NCBI GenBank assembly: GCA_017856605.1
Contig: JAFMES010000001.1
Span: 1-46,222 of the forward strand
From: Chitinophagaceae bacterium
GTDB lineage: Bacteria; Bacteroidota; Bacteroidia; Chitinophagales; Chitinophagaceae
DNA length: 46,222 bases
Direction: 5' to 3'
The position numbers and the translations under genes were made by a program. Below are positions 9,503-19,719 of this stretch, in pieces (the first letter of the stretch is position 1; the number at the start of each line of letters is the position of its first letter). The notes beneath the pieces are model-generated. The model was not told the DNA's origin, did no database searches, and saw only the letters and a list, made by a program, of their open reading frames with translations.

Positions 9503-10567
9503 TTAGCGGGATTGCCGATAGCGGGTAATCAAGCGTGGAAATGCCAACTGGTCGATTTGTTCTTTGCTCATCCAAGTATATCCTTTCAGTTGAAGGGGAT
9601 GTTTGATGCGAACATGAATAATTCGGGCATTGATTCGTTGGTGACTGAGCACGTGAACAATCGGTTCGGATTGGTCCATGATCTGCCAATCGTTTTTCGC
9701 ATACCGCATCCCCCAAAAAGAAGCTCTATTTATTTCTTCTAGCTCCTTTGGTTCATCCGTTTCTTTTAAAATGAATTCATGCAATTGAGACCATACATCT
9801 CCATTTTCTCGCTGGCGCACCAGTAGCCGATTTCGGTATTCAAGCATCAAGTAATAAAAGAATCGATGCCTGACATTTATCTTTTTTGATTTCACAGGAA
9901 AGTCGCCTACGGTACCTGTCGTACATGCAATGCATTTTTTTGAAAAAGGGCATTGGGTACAATTGGGATTGCGGGGCAGGCAGACTGTTGCACCGAGATC
10001 CATCATGGCCTGGTTGTGCTGAGCAGGGTTCTGTTTATCCAGCAATGATTCGGCCAACTCTTCCATGCGTTTTTTCCCTTTAGCGGTATCCACAGGCTCC
10101 CGAATGCCCAATACCCGGGATAGGACCCGATGTACGTTACCATCGACCACCGCTAGAGGAAGTCCAAAGGCGAAAGAACCTATTGCGGCGGCAGTATAGT
10201 TGCCAATGCCTTTGAGAGAAAGCAGTCCCTCTTGGGTATCTGGAAACTTTCCCTTTCGTTGGTTAGCCACCACTCTGGCCGTATGAAGGAGGTTTCGGCA
10301 TCGGGAATAGTAGCCTAATCCCTCCCATAACTTAAATACTTCATTATCAGATGCTTGCGACAAAGACTGAACGGTTGGATAGGTTTGGATGAACCGGAGG
10401 TAATAATCCCACCCCTGCTCCACCCTCGTTTGTTGCAGGATGATTTCACTGAGCCATATTTTATAGGGATCCTTTTCACCTTTCCAGGGCATTTTTCTGT
10501 TATTGGAGGATTTATTCCATTGTTTTAAACCCCGTAAAAACCACACTTTCACCTGTTTTTCAACCAC
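9503..10567 (-). CDS. mutY: A/G-specific adenine glycosylase
   Basis: SEIILQQT, WEGLGYYSR, HhH GIGNYTA, VDGNV, C-x6-C-x2-C-x5-C Fe-S motif. Confidence 0.96.
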   Translation of the reverse strand: MVEKQVKVWFLRGLKQWNKSSNNRKMPWKGEKDPYKIWLSEIILQQTRVEQGWDYYLRFIQTYPTVQSLSQASDNEVFKLWEGLGYYSRCRNLLHTARVVANQRKGKFPDTQEGLLSLKGIGNYTAAAIGSFAFGLPLAVVDGNVHRVLSRVLGIREPVDTAKGKKRMEELAESLLDKQNPAQHNQAMMDLGATVCLPRNPNCTQCPFSKKCIACTTGTVGDFPVKSKKINVRHRFFYYLMLEYRNRLLVRQRENGDVWSQLHEFILKETDEPKELEEINRASFWGMRYAKNDWQIMDQSEPIVHVLSHQRINARIIHVRIKHPLQLKGYTWMSKEQIDQLAFPRLITRYRQSR

Positions 10568-10713
10568 TTATAGCAGATTTTTTTGGCAATTTCCGATAAA
10601 TTACGCAATTTTATGATGAATGGTACGTTATTAGAGCTACCTGCCTGATAACTAACGTGTTTTGAGGGCTAAACTAAAAAAAGCAACCAGACTAATTATT
10701 AAAACGTACTACA

Positions 10714-11037
10714 ATGAGAAAAGCAGATCTCATCAATAGGATCGCCGAAAAGACCAACATCCCGAAAGTGGATGTGTTGGTGACCCTTGAAACGATGTTT
10801 AAGGAGATCAAGTCCACCCTTTCCAAAGGAGAAAACATTTATGTTCGTGGCTTTGGCTCGTTTATCACTAAACAAAGGGCTGCAAAAATTGGAAGGAATA
10901 TCAAACGCAACACCGCTGTGCATATTCCTGCCCACTATATCCCTGCCTTCAAACCTGCAAAGGAATTCATGCAGGAAGTTAAAAAGCTGGAAGTCGGCAC
11001 AGTCATTAAAGACGATGGCGCCGATGAAATGGCTTAA
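10714..11037 (+). CDS. HU/IHF-family nucleoid protein with acidic tail
   Basis: MRKADLI, VRGFGSF, GRNI, PAFKP. Confidence 0.93.
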   Translation: MRKADLINRIAEKTNIPKVDVLVTLETMFKEIKSTLSKGENIYVRGFGSFITKQRAAKIGRNIKRNTAVHIPAHYIPAFKPAKEFMQEVKKLEVGTVIKDDGADEMA

Positions 11038-11067
11038 GTCGCTACATTTGCACACAAAATTGATTGA

Positions 11068-11922
11068 ATGCTGAAAAAACAGCAATGGCTTGTAGCAGCT
11101 GCTGGTGCAGTTCTGCTCATCGTGACGTTTGTTTTTGGAAGGTTCTCGCCCAAGCATAAGGACCATCAGGAAGAAGGTGCATCGGGCGGAGAGGCTGGAG
11201 TCGGCTCCGGAATCTTCGAGATAACCACCTACATCAACGATCAAAAGAAAGCATTATCCCCCAGTCAATCTGCGTACTTGACTTCGCTAGAGGATGCCCT
11301 AACCCGGGGAGATCTGGTAACACAGCGTAAGCAAAATTTCCAGGCATTATCCAATTTCTGGAGGGATAGTGCCCGCAACTTTTTGCCATATATCTATTAT
11401 TACGGAGAGAAGGCTAAGTTGGAAAATTCTGAAAAAACACTGAACTTCGCCGCCCACTCCATGCTGGAGGAGCTGAGAGGTGTCTCTGATCCTGGACTGC
11501 GTGTATGGATGGCAACTCAGGCCAACGACCTCTTCTCCCGTTCCCTGAAAATCAACCCTGAAAACGACTCCACGGTGGTTGGACTTGGAAGCACCTATTT
11601 CTTTGGTGTTTCAGGAGCACCAATGGAAGGGATCCTGAAAGTCAGGGGGGTGGCAGATAAAAATCCCGGCAATGTATTTGCCCAGTTCATGTTGGGATAT
11701 GGAGGTCTGGTATCGGGACAAACGGATAAGGCAATTGAACGCTTTAAAGCTGTTGTTCAGTTGGACCCCAATCATACCGAAGCTATCTTTTTGCTGGCTG
11801 AAGTGTACGAGAGAAAAGGAGACAAAAAAGAGGCGGTGATGTGGTATGAAATGGGCAAGAAAAACGTAGAAAATCCTGAGCTGTTAAAAGCTCTCGAAGA
11901 AAAGATTAAGACATTAAAATAG
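11068..11922 (+). CDS. Membrane-anchored TPR protein
   Basis: N-terminal TM helix; TPR-like repeats (KAIERFKAVVQLDPNH...); -7 box TACATTTG at 11043. Confidence 0.8.
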   Translation: MLKKQQWLVAAAGAVLLIVTFVFGRFSPKHKDHQEEGASGGEAGVGSGIFEITTYINDQKKALSPSQSAYLTSLEDALTRGDLVTQRKQNFQALSNFWRDSARNFLPYIYYYGEKAKLENSEKTLNFAAHSMLEELRGVSDPGLRVWMATQANDLFSRSLKINPENDSTVVGLGSTYFFGVSGAPMEGILKVRGVADKNPGNVFAQFMLGYGGLVSGQTDKAIERFKAVVQLDPNHTEAIFLLAEVYERKGDKKEAVMWYEMGKKNVENPELLKALEEKIKTLK

Positions 11923-11948
11923 ATTTTTAACAAAAAACTCATTGCATC

Positions 11949-12044
11949 ATGCCTTGCGGTAAAAAAAGAAAGCGTCATAAGATCGCGACACACAAACGTA
12001 AAAAGAGACTGAGAAAGAATCGTCATAAGAAAGGCAAAAAATAG
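11949..12044 (+). CDS. 31-aa basic ribosomal protein bS22 (AURKAIP1/COX24/mS38-like)
   Basis: MPCGKKRKRHKIATHKRKKRLRKNRHKKGKK; resembles the recalled Bacteroidota bS22 pattern; below ORF-track cutoff. Confidence 0.85.
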   Translation: MPCGKKRKRHKIATHKRKKRLRKNRHKKGKK

Positions 12045-12078
12045 TCTTCTTTCCCTTTAGCGTCAACGCATCGGTTCT

Positions 12079-12112
12079 ATGCGCTGTAGTCACTTACGAC
12101 GATACAGCGCAT
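12079..12112 (+). terminator. Stem-loop between bS22 and RNase E/G gene
   Basis: Perfect 10-bp ATGCGCTGTA/TACAGCGCAT followed by TTCCGGTTTTT. Confidence 0.6.
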
Positions 12113-12146
12113 TTCCGGTTTTTCGCATTCCCTACATCTTTTACGT

Positions 12147-13694
12147 TTGAACAAGGAACTCGTCATACATACATCTGCTCAAGGCGTACAAATCGCCCTA
12201 CTGGAAGATAAAAAGCTGGTAGAACTGCATCATGAGAAATCGGATGCCAGTTTTGCAGTTGGTGATCTGTACCTGGGAAAAGTAAAAAAACTGATTCCCG
12301 GTTTGAATGCAGCGTTTGTCGACGTGGGATACGAAAAAGATGCGTTTTTGCATTATACCGATTTGAGTCCCTACGCCCGCTCCCTCCTTAAATTCACACA
12401 GATCTCCATCAATACTCCGGTCGCTTCACAACAGGATTTCTCCAACTTTACCGTAGAACCGGAAATTTTGAAGACCGGGAAGATCAATGAGGTGTTGGGC
12501 CAGCGCCCTAACGTACTCGTACAGATCCTCAAAGAACCCATTGCTGCAAAAGGACCGCGCTTGAGCTGTGAGATCTCATTACCAGGAAGGTTTGTGGTGA
12601 TCACTCCTTTCAACGACATCATTGCTGTCTCCAGAAAAATTCACTCTGCTGAAGAGCGCAAACGCTTACATAAAATCATTGAAGCGATCAAGCCCAAAAA
12701 TTTTGGTGTGATCGTCCGCACTGCCGCAGAAGGGAAAAATACAGCTGAATTGCACGAGGACCTCAATACCCTTTTTGCAAAATGGAAAGCCATTCAACAC
12801 AACCTGAGTGGCGCCGTTCCGCCTTCCAAGATCTTGAGTGAGCAGACCAAAGCGACCAGCATTTTGAGGGATTTGCTCAATGCAGATTTCAATAAAATCA
12901 CGGTAGACGATAAACAGCTGTATTCCGAAATCAAGACCTATATTCAAAAAATTGCCCCGGATAAGGCGGAGATTGTTGCTCTTCAGAACGGAAGCAGTTC
13001 CGTGTTTGACGCAACAGGCATTACCAAGCAAGTCAAATCTGCTTTTGGCAAAACAGTCAACTTACCCAGCGGTGCTTACCTCATCATTGAACACACCGAA
13101 GCCCTGCACGTCATCGACGTAAACAGCGGATATAAAAGCGTGAGCAGTAATCAGGAAGAAAACGCCCTTCAGACCAATCTGGAAGCAGCGGAGGAGATAG
13201 CGCGACAACTGAGACTCCGCGATATTGGCGGTATTATTGTTGTGGACTTCATTGATATGAAATTGCCCGAAAACAAAAAGAAGTTGCACGAGGCAATGGA
13301 AAACTTCATGAAAATCGATCGGGCCAAGCATGCCGTATTGGCTATTTCAAAATTCGGACTCATGCAATTGACTCGTCAGCGCATGAAGCCTGAGATGTCG
13401 ATCAATACCCAAGAACAATGTCCATCTTGTCAGGGTACCGGAAAAATATCATCCACACTGGTGCTGGAAGATGAAATTGAAAAGAACATCAGCTACCTCA
13501 GCGAGCACAAGCACAAATCACTTATTATACGAGTACATCCCATATTGTACGCGTACCTGACCAAAGGGTTCATTTCCATCAAACGCAAATGGTCGTGGAA
13601 ATACAAGATCAGCCTAACCCTTGAGGCAAATACCAACTACCACCTTACCGAGTTCCACTTTTTCGACAAACAGGAAGAAGAGATCAAACTTTAA
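12147..13694 (+). CDS. Ribonuclease E/G (Rne/Rng family), TTG start
   Basis: S1 domain (AAFVDVG), IDVNSG, TNLEAA, QLRLRDIGGIIVVDFIDM, CPSCQGTG. Confidence 0.95.
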   Translation: MNKELVIHTSAQGVQIALLEDKKLVELHHEKSDASFAVGDLYLGKVKKLIPGLNAAFVDVGYEKDAFLHYTDLSPYARSLLKFTQISINTPVASQQDFSNFTVEPEILKTGKINEVLGQRPNVLVQILKEPIAAKGPRLSCEISLPGRFVVITPFNDIIAVSRKIHSAEERKRLHKIIEAIKPKNFGVIVRTAAEGKNTAELHEDLNTLFAKWKAIQHNLSGAVPPSKILSEQTKATSILRDLLNADFNKITVDDKQLYSEIKTYIQKIAPDKAEIVALQNGSSSVFDATGITKQVKSAFGKTVNLPSGAYLIIEHTEALHVIDVNSGYKSVSSNQEENALQTNLEAAEEIARQLRLRDIGGIIVVDFIDMKLPENKKKLHEAMENFMKIDRAKHAVLAISKFGLMQLTRQRMKPEMSINTQEQCPSCQGTGKISSTLVLEDEIEKNISYLSEHKHKSLIIRVHPILYAYLTKGFISIKRKWSWKYKISLTLEANTNYHLTEFHFFDKQEEEIKL

Positions 13695-13743
13695 TTTCTT
13701 CAAAGTTTTTTTGAAGTAGTATATCTAATCAATGAGAAAAGAA

Positions 13744-13769
13744 GAAGGCTACCCTTTCGGATAGCCTTC
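13744..13769 (-). terminator. Intrinsic terminator of SusC/D/lipoprotein unit (possibly bidirectional)
   Basis: GAAGGCTA...TAGCCTTC stem; A-rich run to its left gives a U-tract on the minus strand. Confidence 0.8.
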
Positions 13770-13790
13770 AATCTTATGATGAAGATAAGC

Positions 13791-14645
13791 TTAGAGCTTT
13801 CTCATACGCAATGGATAGGTACCGTAGTTGGTTCCACTTGGCAAGGTATGGGTCAAGCTGAGAGTAATATTTCCAGTGCAAGAGAAGAAGAATCCACTTC
13901 CTTCTGCCCTGAAATTCTCAAATCCTGCACCATAGCTTCCGTAAGTCTGACGAGCTACAGTTACACCACCGGTTGCTGGATTGACGGTCAACACCAATGG
14001 AGCAAATCCGGGAGGAGCTGCATAAGGGAACGCATAAGTCAACGTAGCTGAATTTGCTGTTGCAGTAACGTCGCAGGTTTCACCAGCTGCACCATCCCAT
14101 GTATCTGCTGTGATCAGGTAAGTACCATTTGCAGCAGATGCGATGAAAGGACATACACAGGTAGCTTTCCAAGTCATTGCCATGTTATAGGCAGGGAGAC
14201 CAGCAAAGTCTGCACCGGTATTAGCCACGTCAAACGTACGGCCATCTTTAGTTACAATTTGATTGTAAATGGTATACTGGTTTCCAGGAGCAGGAACTTC
14301 ACCAAGTGCGGTTGAAATTTCTGTACCACTTACTTCCAGTTTGTAACTACCGCCAGAATTGGGTACTTCCTTGATTTTTTTCCAGGTGGCCCTGTTCAAA
14401 GAAGTGTTTCCTTTGGTAACATACATGACTATTTTTTCTTGCTCTGAACCATAAGAAGCAACTTCGATCGAAACCTTGGTTGCCAAATTGGTTGCGTCAA
14501 CGTTCAAGTTACCTGCAGCCGTCAATGTTACATACGAACCTGTGCCAAGTGAGTTGACATCTTGTACAACTTCACCCTTCTGACAAGAGTTCATGGTGAA
14601 CACCAACGCGAGGAACAAGGTTGCGGTTGATATTAATTTACGCAT
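13791..14645 (-). CDS. SusCD-associated surface lipoprotein, unknown function
   Basis: Lipobox MNSC, beta-rich sequence, directly downstream of susD. Confidence 0.8.
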   Translation of the reverse strand: MRKLISTATLFLALVFTMNSCQKGEVVQDVNSLGTGSYVTLTAAGNLNVDATNLATKVSIEVASYGSEQEKIVMYVTKGNTSLNRATWKKIKEVPNSGGSYKLEVSGTEISTALGEVPAPGNQYTIYNQIVTKDGRTFDVANTGADFAGLPAYNMAMTWKATCVCPFIASAANGTYLITADTWDGAAGETCDVTATANSATLTYAFPYAAPPGFAPLVLTVNPATGGVTVARQTYGSYGAGFENFRAEGSGFFFSCTGNITLSLTHTLPSGTNYGTYPLRMRKL

Positions 14646-14665
14646 GTCTTATAAGTTTTATAAGT

Positions 14666-16390
14666 TTATTTTAATACAGCAGGGTTTGTATCCCAGAATA
14701 CTTTCTTATCGAGCGCATTCTGAGGTGCTGCATTCTTGTTAAGGTTGGTGTACACTGAAGGATAGAAGAAGGAACGGATGTATGGACCAGAAGCCTGCAG
14801 TTTAGAGAACTGGAGGTTGTTTGGCATACCAGTACGACGATAGTTATTGTGCGCGTCAGCACCGTTACCCCAAAGGGCAATGTACCATTCTTTCATTACT
14901 ACGTTCAACTTGGGTGATGTACCGATGGCTGCATCATACGCTGCCAACACCTTGGCAACATAATCATCCACCTTAGTTGTTGTTGGAACAGCTGCAGAAG
15001 CAACCGTATAACCGATAGTCGCAGGGAAGCCCAATACTTTTGAAATGGACTTGCGAACACCAGACTCAAGCAACGCACGTGCGTCACCTGCAACTCCCAA
15101 TGTCAATACCGCTTCAGCTCTCAGGAAATCTGTGAAAGATGACTGCCAGATGGGCTGGATACCAGCACCCTGACCACCTCTGTTCAAAGAAACCCTGCTA
15201 TTCTGATTCAGATCAAACTCACCACCGGCAGGATACATACCCCAGGTTGTTCTGAAGTTTCCATCTGGTGGAATACCAGAGTTATCACCGTGGTCACGAC
15301 CCCAGAAGCCTCCAAATCCAAGGAGACAGAAAGGCATATCAGGAGTATAGTGTCCGGGAGGAGCTGATACAATACAAGAAACAGACTGTGAGTTCACGTT
15401 ACCCATAGTCGCTTGCTGGCGATAGAAGTAGTAACGTGTGCGGGGATCCGAACGATCGTTCGCAGGAGTGTTGCTGAACAATCCCTTCTCTTGTGCCATG
15501 GTATACATGAAGTGAGTACCAATGTAGTCACCTGCACTACCAGTAGTAGAACCGTTACCATTGTAGTTACCATTGTAACGTGGGTGACGGCTGTTTGGAT
15601 TGGCTTGCTTGCTTGAATATTTGAATTCAAAGTCTTGAGCAGTTCCAGAGAAAGAAGCGATAACGTTAGGATTTGCCAAAAGTGACTCAATCTTTCCTTT
15701 TGCACCAGTATCCACCAAACGAGTGGTCATATAGGCTCTGATCAACAAAAGTTTAGCTTGAGTAGCCCAACGACGTGCACCAGCTGCATTCGATACTCCA
15801 TAGAAGTTATCGTAGAAGCCTGGATATGCACCGTGTGCAAGGCGACCGTCAGCAACCAGGTCGAGCGTATCGCTCACCTCTTGCAACAACTTGATCGCTG
15901 CAGCATAAACTTCATTACCCTTGGTAATTCCAGGATTGGTTTGATCAATACCCAGGTTTGCCTCGGCATAAGGAACGTCGCCGAACATATCGACGAGTGT
16001 CATCATGGTATAGGCTTTCATCAACTTAGCCATACCCGCCTGTACATACTTCTTTTCACGAGTTGCTACAGGGATGAGTACGTTGGCATGCTTGAATACA
16101 CCGGTATAAGCGGTATTCCAAATACCATCGAAGCTGTTGGGTGAATAACCTTCATTATAAGTAGGACCGTACCAAACCACCATCCTGGTCAATTCCATAC
16201 CGAAGGATGAATAGGAGTTGAATACGCCTACGAAATTGCTCTGAATCACGGGAAGATAAAGATCCGTGTTCGCACTTTCGGGAGTAGGTCCGTTAGGGTT
16301 GACCAACAACTCATCGAGTTTCTTGGAGCAACTACCCAGCGTGATTACTGCCAGTGCTATGAGTGATATTTTCTTAAGTGTCATGTTCAT
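14666..16390 (-). CDS. SusD/RagB-family lipoprotein
   Basis: Lipobox LGSC, VDMFGDVPYAEA, YIALWGNG..A.NNYRRTG, C-terminal VFWD. Confidence 0.93.
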   Translation of the reverse strand: MNMTLKKISLIALAVITLGSCSKKLDELLVNPNGPTPESANTDLYLPVIQSNFVGVFNSYSSFGMELTRMVVWYGPTYNEGYSPNSFDGIWNTAYTGVFKHANVLIPVATREKKYVQAGMAKLMKAYTMMTLVDMFGDVPYAEANLGIDQTNPGITKGNEVYAAAIKLLQEVSDTLDLVADGRLAHGAYPGFYDNFYGVSNAAGARRWATQAKLLLIRAYMTTRLVDTGAKGKIESLLANPNVIASFSGTAQDFEFKYSSKQANPNSRHPRYNGNYNGNGSTTGSAGDYIGTHFMYTMAQEKGLFSNTPANDRSDPRTRYYFYRQQATMGNVNSQSVSCIVSAPPGHYTPDMPFCLLGFGGFWGRDHGDNSGIPPDGNFRTTWGMYPAGGEFDLNQNSRVSLNRGGQGAGIQPIWQSSFTDFLRAEAVLTLGVAGDARALLESGVRKSISKVLGFPATIGYTVASAAVPTTTKVDDYVAKVLAAYDAAIGTSPKLNVVMKEWYIALWGNGADAHNNYRRTGMPNNLQFSKLQASGPYIRSFFYPSVYTNLNKNAAPQNALDKKVFWDTNPAVLK

Positions 16391-16402
16391 CTGTTTTAAC
16401 GA

Positions 16403-19400
16403 TTAGAAAGTAACCCTTATGCTGGCACCAAAACGCTTAGAGGTTGGACCTGAAAGGTATTCCAGACCACGTACGTTACTTACACCCAGTGATGAAGTTT
16501 CAGGATCGAAACGAACATACTTGGGGAAGTTAGGCGCATTGTAGAAAAGGTTTTGTCCAGAGAATGTTATTGACAATGAACCGAACGGAGACTTGCTGAG
16601 TACGGAAGAAGGAAGCGAATAAGAAAGAGACGCTTCTCTCAAACGGATGCAAGTCGCATCGAAGGTGATGATATCTGCAGTTCCGAAGAAACCACTCAGG
16701 TTATTGAAGTACGCCTGAGAAGCACTGATCTGAACTGTATTCGGATTACCATCTCTGCCCACACCTGGAAGAATCAATGGCTTCAAACGATCGAAGTCAG
16801 TGTCTTTGGTAAGACCGCGACCAACAACCGTACCAGGAGTGTAGGCCAACATGTCACCACCTTGTGTATAATCCCACTGCATACGGAAGGTAATTCCCTT
16901 GAAGCTCAAGGTGCTGATTCCAGTGAGTTTGAAATCAGGAGTTGGGTCACCAACGATTCCGATATTGCTAGAAGAGATGTAGTTACCATTGGCATCAACG
17001 ATACGCTGACCAGTAGGCTTAGCACTTACTGCAGTTGAACCGGTATCTCTCAAAGCATAGTAACCTTGAATTACACCCAGTGGCTTACCGTCAATTGCAA
17101 ACAGACCTTCGTTAGAGAAACCATCGATTACGATCTGCTTGATTTCTCCGGGAAGAGAAACCTTGTTTCTATTCTGGAAGTAGTTTACGTCGATCTGCCA
17201 GTTCCAATCCTTATTGCGCACCACAGTGTAACCGAGTTGAAGCTCGATACCTTTGTTACGAACTGAACCTGCGTTGATGGAGGTTACAGTGAAACCAGTT
17301 GAAGGATCGAGGTCGCGTGAAAGGATCTGGTCCTTAGAGTTTCTATTGTAGTAAGTGAAGTCAACACTCAAGCGGTTGTTGAGCAATTTACCTTCAAATC
17401 CAAATTCCAACTCTTGCAGCAACTCTGGACTCAGATTGGGGTTAGCCAAACGGTTGGAGATGCTGTTCTGGTTGTAGATATTTCCTGCGCGATCGTTGAA
17501 CACGTTGGTTCCGATTGCAAGGATTGGACGAGTTTGGTAAACTGAACCAAAGTTCGCTGAAGTCGAATAACCTGCACGAAATTTGAGGTAGTTCAAGAAG
17601 TTGTTGTTTCTCAAGCTCTCGATTGCAGATGTAGGAATGAACGACACACTCGCTGAAGGATAGAAGATAGAACGGTTGGCCTTTTCCAGATTGGATGACC
17701 AGCTGTTTCTTCCACCTAAGGTAAAGTAGAGGTATTCTTTGTAACTCAACAAACCTTGAGCAAATGCACCTATTGAAAGGTACCTGCTTCTGTAGTCAAG
17801 CTGACCACCACCTTCTGAAGTGTTATCGTGGATGATGAAGTTGTCGTGATCGAACAGACCGAATACCAGCTGCTGAGTTGACTGCTGACCGTTCTGCTCA
17901 TATTGCCTGTCTTGAGAGTTCAAACCTGCGTCCACATTCAGTCTCCAATCATTGTTCAGATCGGTCTGGAAGTTGTAGAGTAAGGAGTGGTCCCAAATCA
18001 TGTTATAACCATTAGATGTCCTGTGCATACCAAGTTGGAAATCATTTCCACCTACGGTACCCCCTTTATTCTGAGAATAGAAGTTGTAATCACCATATTG
18101 GTCATAACCTACGCGATAGGTCAGGTTCATCTTCTTGCCGAGGTCGTAACGAGCCGACATGTTACCGAAGATCCTGTTGATCTTCTGTCCAGTGAACGAA
18201 TTGTTGATTGTCCACAAAGGATGCTGGATATCGTTAGCAGGACGATAATAGATAGATGATCCATCGAGTGGGTTCTGATAAGGAAGTCCCAACATGTCAA
18301 CCGCGATAGGCGTATAGATCAAGTTACCGAACACAGAAGAGGCTGATGGGTTAGAACCAAAGCCAGTCGCAGTGGGCGGTGCCTTATAATCAGTAATTGC
18401 ATAGTTGAATGTACCGGCGATGGTGAAGTTGTTGCTCAACTTGGCATTACCACCCAGACCAAATGTGTTTTTGATCAAGCGGTTACCAGGAGTAAATCCT
18501 TCATCATCCATGTACGTATAGTTGGCGTTGAATGTACCATTGGCACCACCGCTTTGAACACCTACTGAAGTAGTCCGGATCAAACCGGTACGGAAGAAGT
18601 TCTTAACGGTATTACGAATGGGCTTAAATGCAACTTTCTTACCCTGGTACTCAGGGAATGCTGCAGCAAGAGCTGCAGTATTGTATGGGTGGTTTACTGA
18701 ATCGTATGGACCTGGATCGGGTTTGAACTTCGCACCCCAGTTGGAGAAGAAGGCAAAACCGAGTGATTGGTCGAAACCACCACCATATGAATACTGGTAT
18801 TCAGGAACGTTTGCTACTTGGTTTCCGAATATAGACTGAGATACGGTGACCTCCATCTTCTTATTCGATTTACGAGTAGCACTGTTCTTGGTAGTGATCA
18901 TCACCACACCATTACGTCCCAACTCACCATACAGTGTAGTTGCACTCAATCCTTTCAACACGTTGATGCTCTCGATGCTGTTAGGATCGAGATCCAAGAA
19001 ACGGCTGGAAGTGGTGTTACCGTAAACGAAGCTGGCCTGTGCATTGGTAGATGCGTCGAAAGGCACACCGTCCACAATGAACAAAGGAGTAGAGCTACCG
19101 CTGATGGTGTTTACACCGCGGATGATGATGTTGGTACCGGAGCCGGACATACCGCTGGCGTTGAGGATGTCAACACCGGGAGCCTTACCGTTCAAGAGGC
19201 GAACCACGTCACCATCAGGGCGCAATTCAAGAGCCTTCTTGTCGACTGAAGCCACAGCATAACCGAGGGCTTTTTTCTCCCTGCGGATACCTTGTGCAGT
19301 TACCACCACCTCTTGAAGACCGCCAGTAGACGATTTCATTTGAATGTTGGAAAGATTAGAACCGGCACGAACCCTGAGGGCTTCGTAACCTACGTAAGAA

Positions 19401-19612
19401 ATCTCAAGCGTAGAGTTGAGATTGCTGACGGAAAGCGAAAATGTACCGTCTGCAGCACTGGTAGTACCCGTTTGGGTTCCCGCTGCTTTGATCGATACAC
19501 CTGACAAGGGGGAGCCATCGGCATCCGATACTTTACCCTTGACAACTGTTTGTGCAAATACCCCTGGTATCGCAAAAAGCAAACAGCACATGAACAGTGT
19601 AAGTTTTCTCAT
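16403..19612 (-). CDS. SusC/RagA-family TonB-dependent transporter
   Basis: LQEVVVTAQG, PLFIVDGVP, ESINVLKG..A..LYG..GRNGVVMITTK, C-terminal F. Confidence 0.96.
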   Translation of the reverse strand: MRKLTLFMCCLLFAIPGVFAQTVVKGKVSDADGSPLSGVSIKAAGTQTGTTSAADGTFSLSVSNLNSTLEISYVGYEALRVRAGSNLSNIQMKSSTGGLQEVVVTAQGIRREKKALGYAVASVDKKALELRPDGDVVRLLNGKAPGVDILNASGMSGSGTNIIIRGVNTISGSSTPLFIVDGVPFDASTNAQASFVYGNTTSSRFLDLDPNSIESINVLKGLSATTLYGELGRNGVVMITTKNSATRKSNKKMEVTVSQSIFGNQVANVPEYQYSYGGGFDQSLGFAFFSNWGAKFKPDPGPYDSVNHPYNTAALAAAFPEYQGKKVAFKPIRNTVKNFFRTGLIRTTSVGVQSGGANGTFNANYTYMDDEGFTPGNRLIKNTFGLGGNAKLSNNFTIAGTFNYAITDYKAPPTATGFGSNPSASSVFGNLIYTPIAVDMLGLPYQNPLDGSSIYYRPANDIQHPLWTINNSFTGQKINRIFGNMSARYDLGKKMNLTYRVGYDQYGDYNFYSQNKGGTVGGNDFQLGMHRTSNGYNMIWDHSLLYNFQTDLNNDWRLNVDAGLNSQDRQYEQNGQQSTQQLVFGLFDHDNFIIHDNTSEGGGQLDYRSRYLSIGAFAQGLLSYKEYLYFTLGGRNSWSSNLEKANRSIFYPSASVSFIPTSAIESLRNNNFLNYLKFRAGYSTSANFGSVYQTRPILAIGTNVFNDRAGNIYNQNSISNRLANPNLSPELLQELEFGFEGKLLNNRLSVDFTYYNRNSKDQILSRDLDPSTGFTVTSINAGSVRNKGIELQLGYTVVRNKDWNWQIDVNYFQNRNKVSLPGEIKQIVIDGFSNEGLFAIDGKPLGVIQGYYALRDTGSTAVSAKPTGQRIVDANGNYISSSNIGIVGDPTPDFKLTGISTLSFKGITFRMQWDYTQGGDMLAYTPGTVVGRGLTKDTDFDRLKPLILPGVGRDGNPNTVQISASQAYFNNLSGFFGTADIITFDATCIRLREASLSYSLPSSVLSKSPFGSLSITFSGQNLFYNAPNFPKYVRFDPETSSLGVSNVRGLEYLSGPTSKRFGASIRVTF

Positions 19613-19652
19613 GCAGTTGATTTTTGTTTATAAAACAATAAATGTCCAGTTG

Positions 19653-19660
19653 CGAATATA
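19653..19660 (-). promoter_or_regulatory. Putative -7 promoter element of susC
   Basis: TATATTCG, variant of TAnnTTTG, 40 nt upstream of ATG. Confidence 0.5.
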
Positions 19661-19685
19661 ACAAATAATTCACAACTAGGGCCGT

Positions 19686-19719
19686 AACGTTAAAAAAAGA
19701 TGAATTTTTGTTTAACGTT
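19686..19719. promoter_or_regulatory. Inverted repeat, candidate operator upstream of susC
   Basis: AACGTTAAA-N16-TTTAACGTT. Confidence 0.5.
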
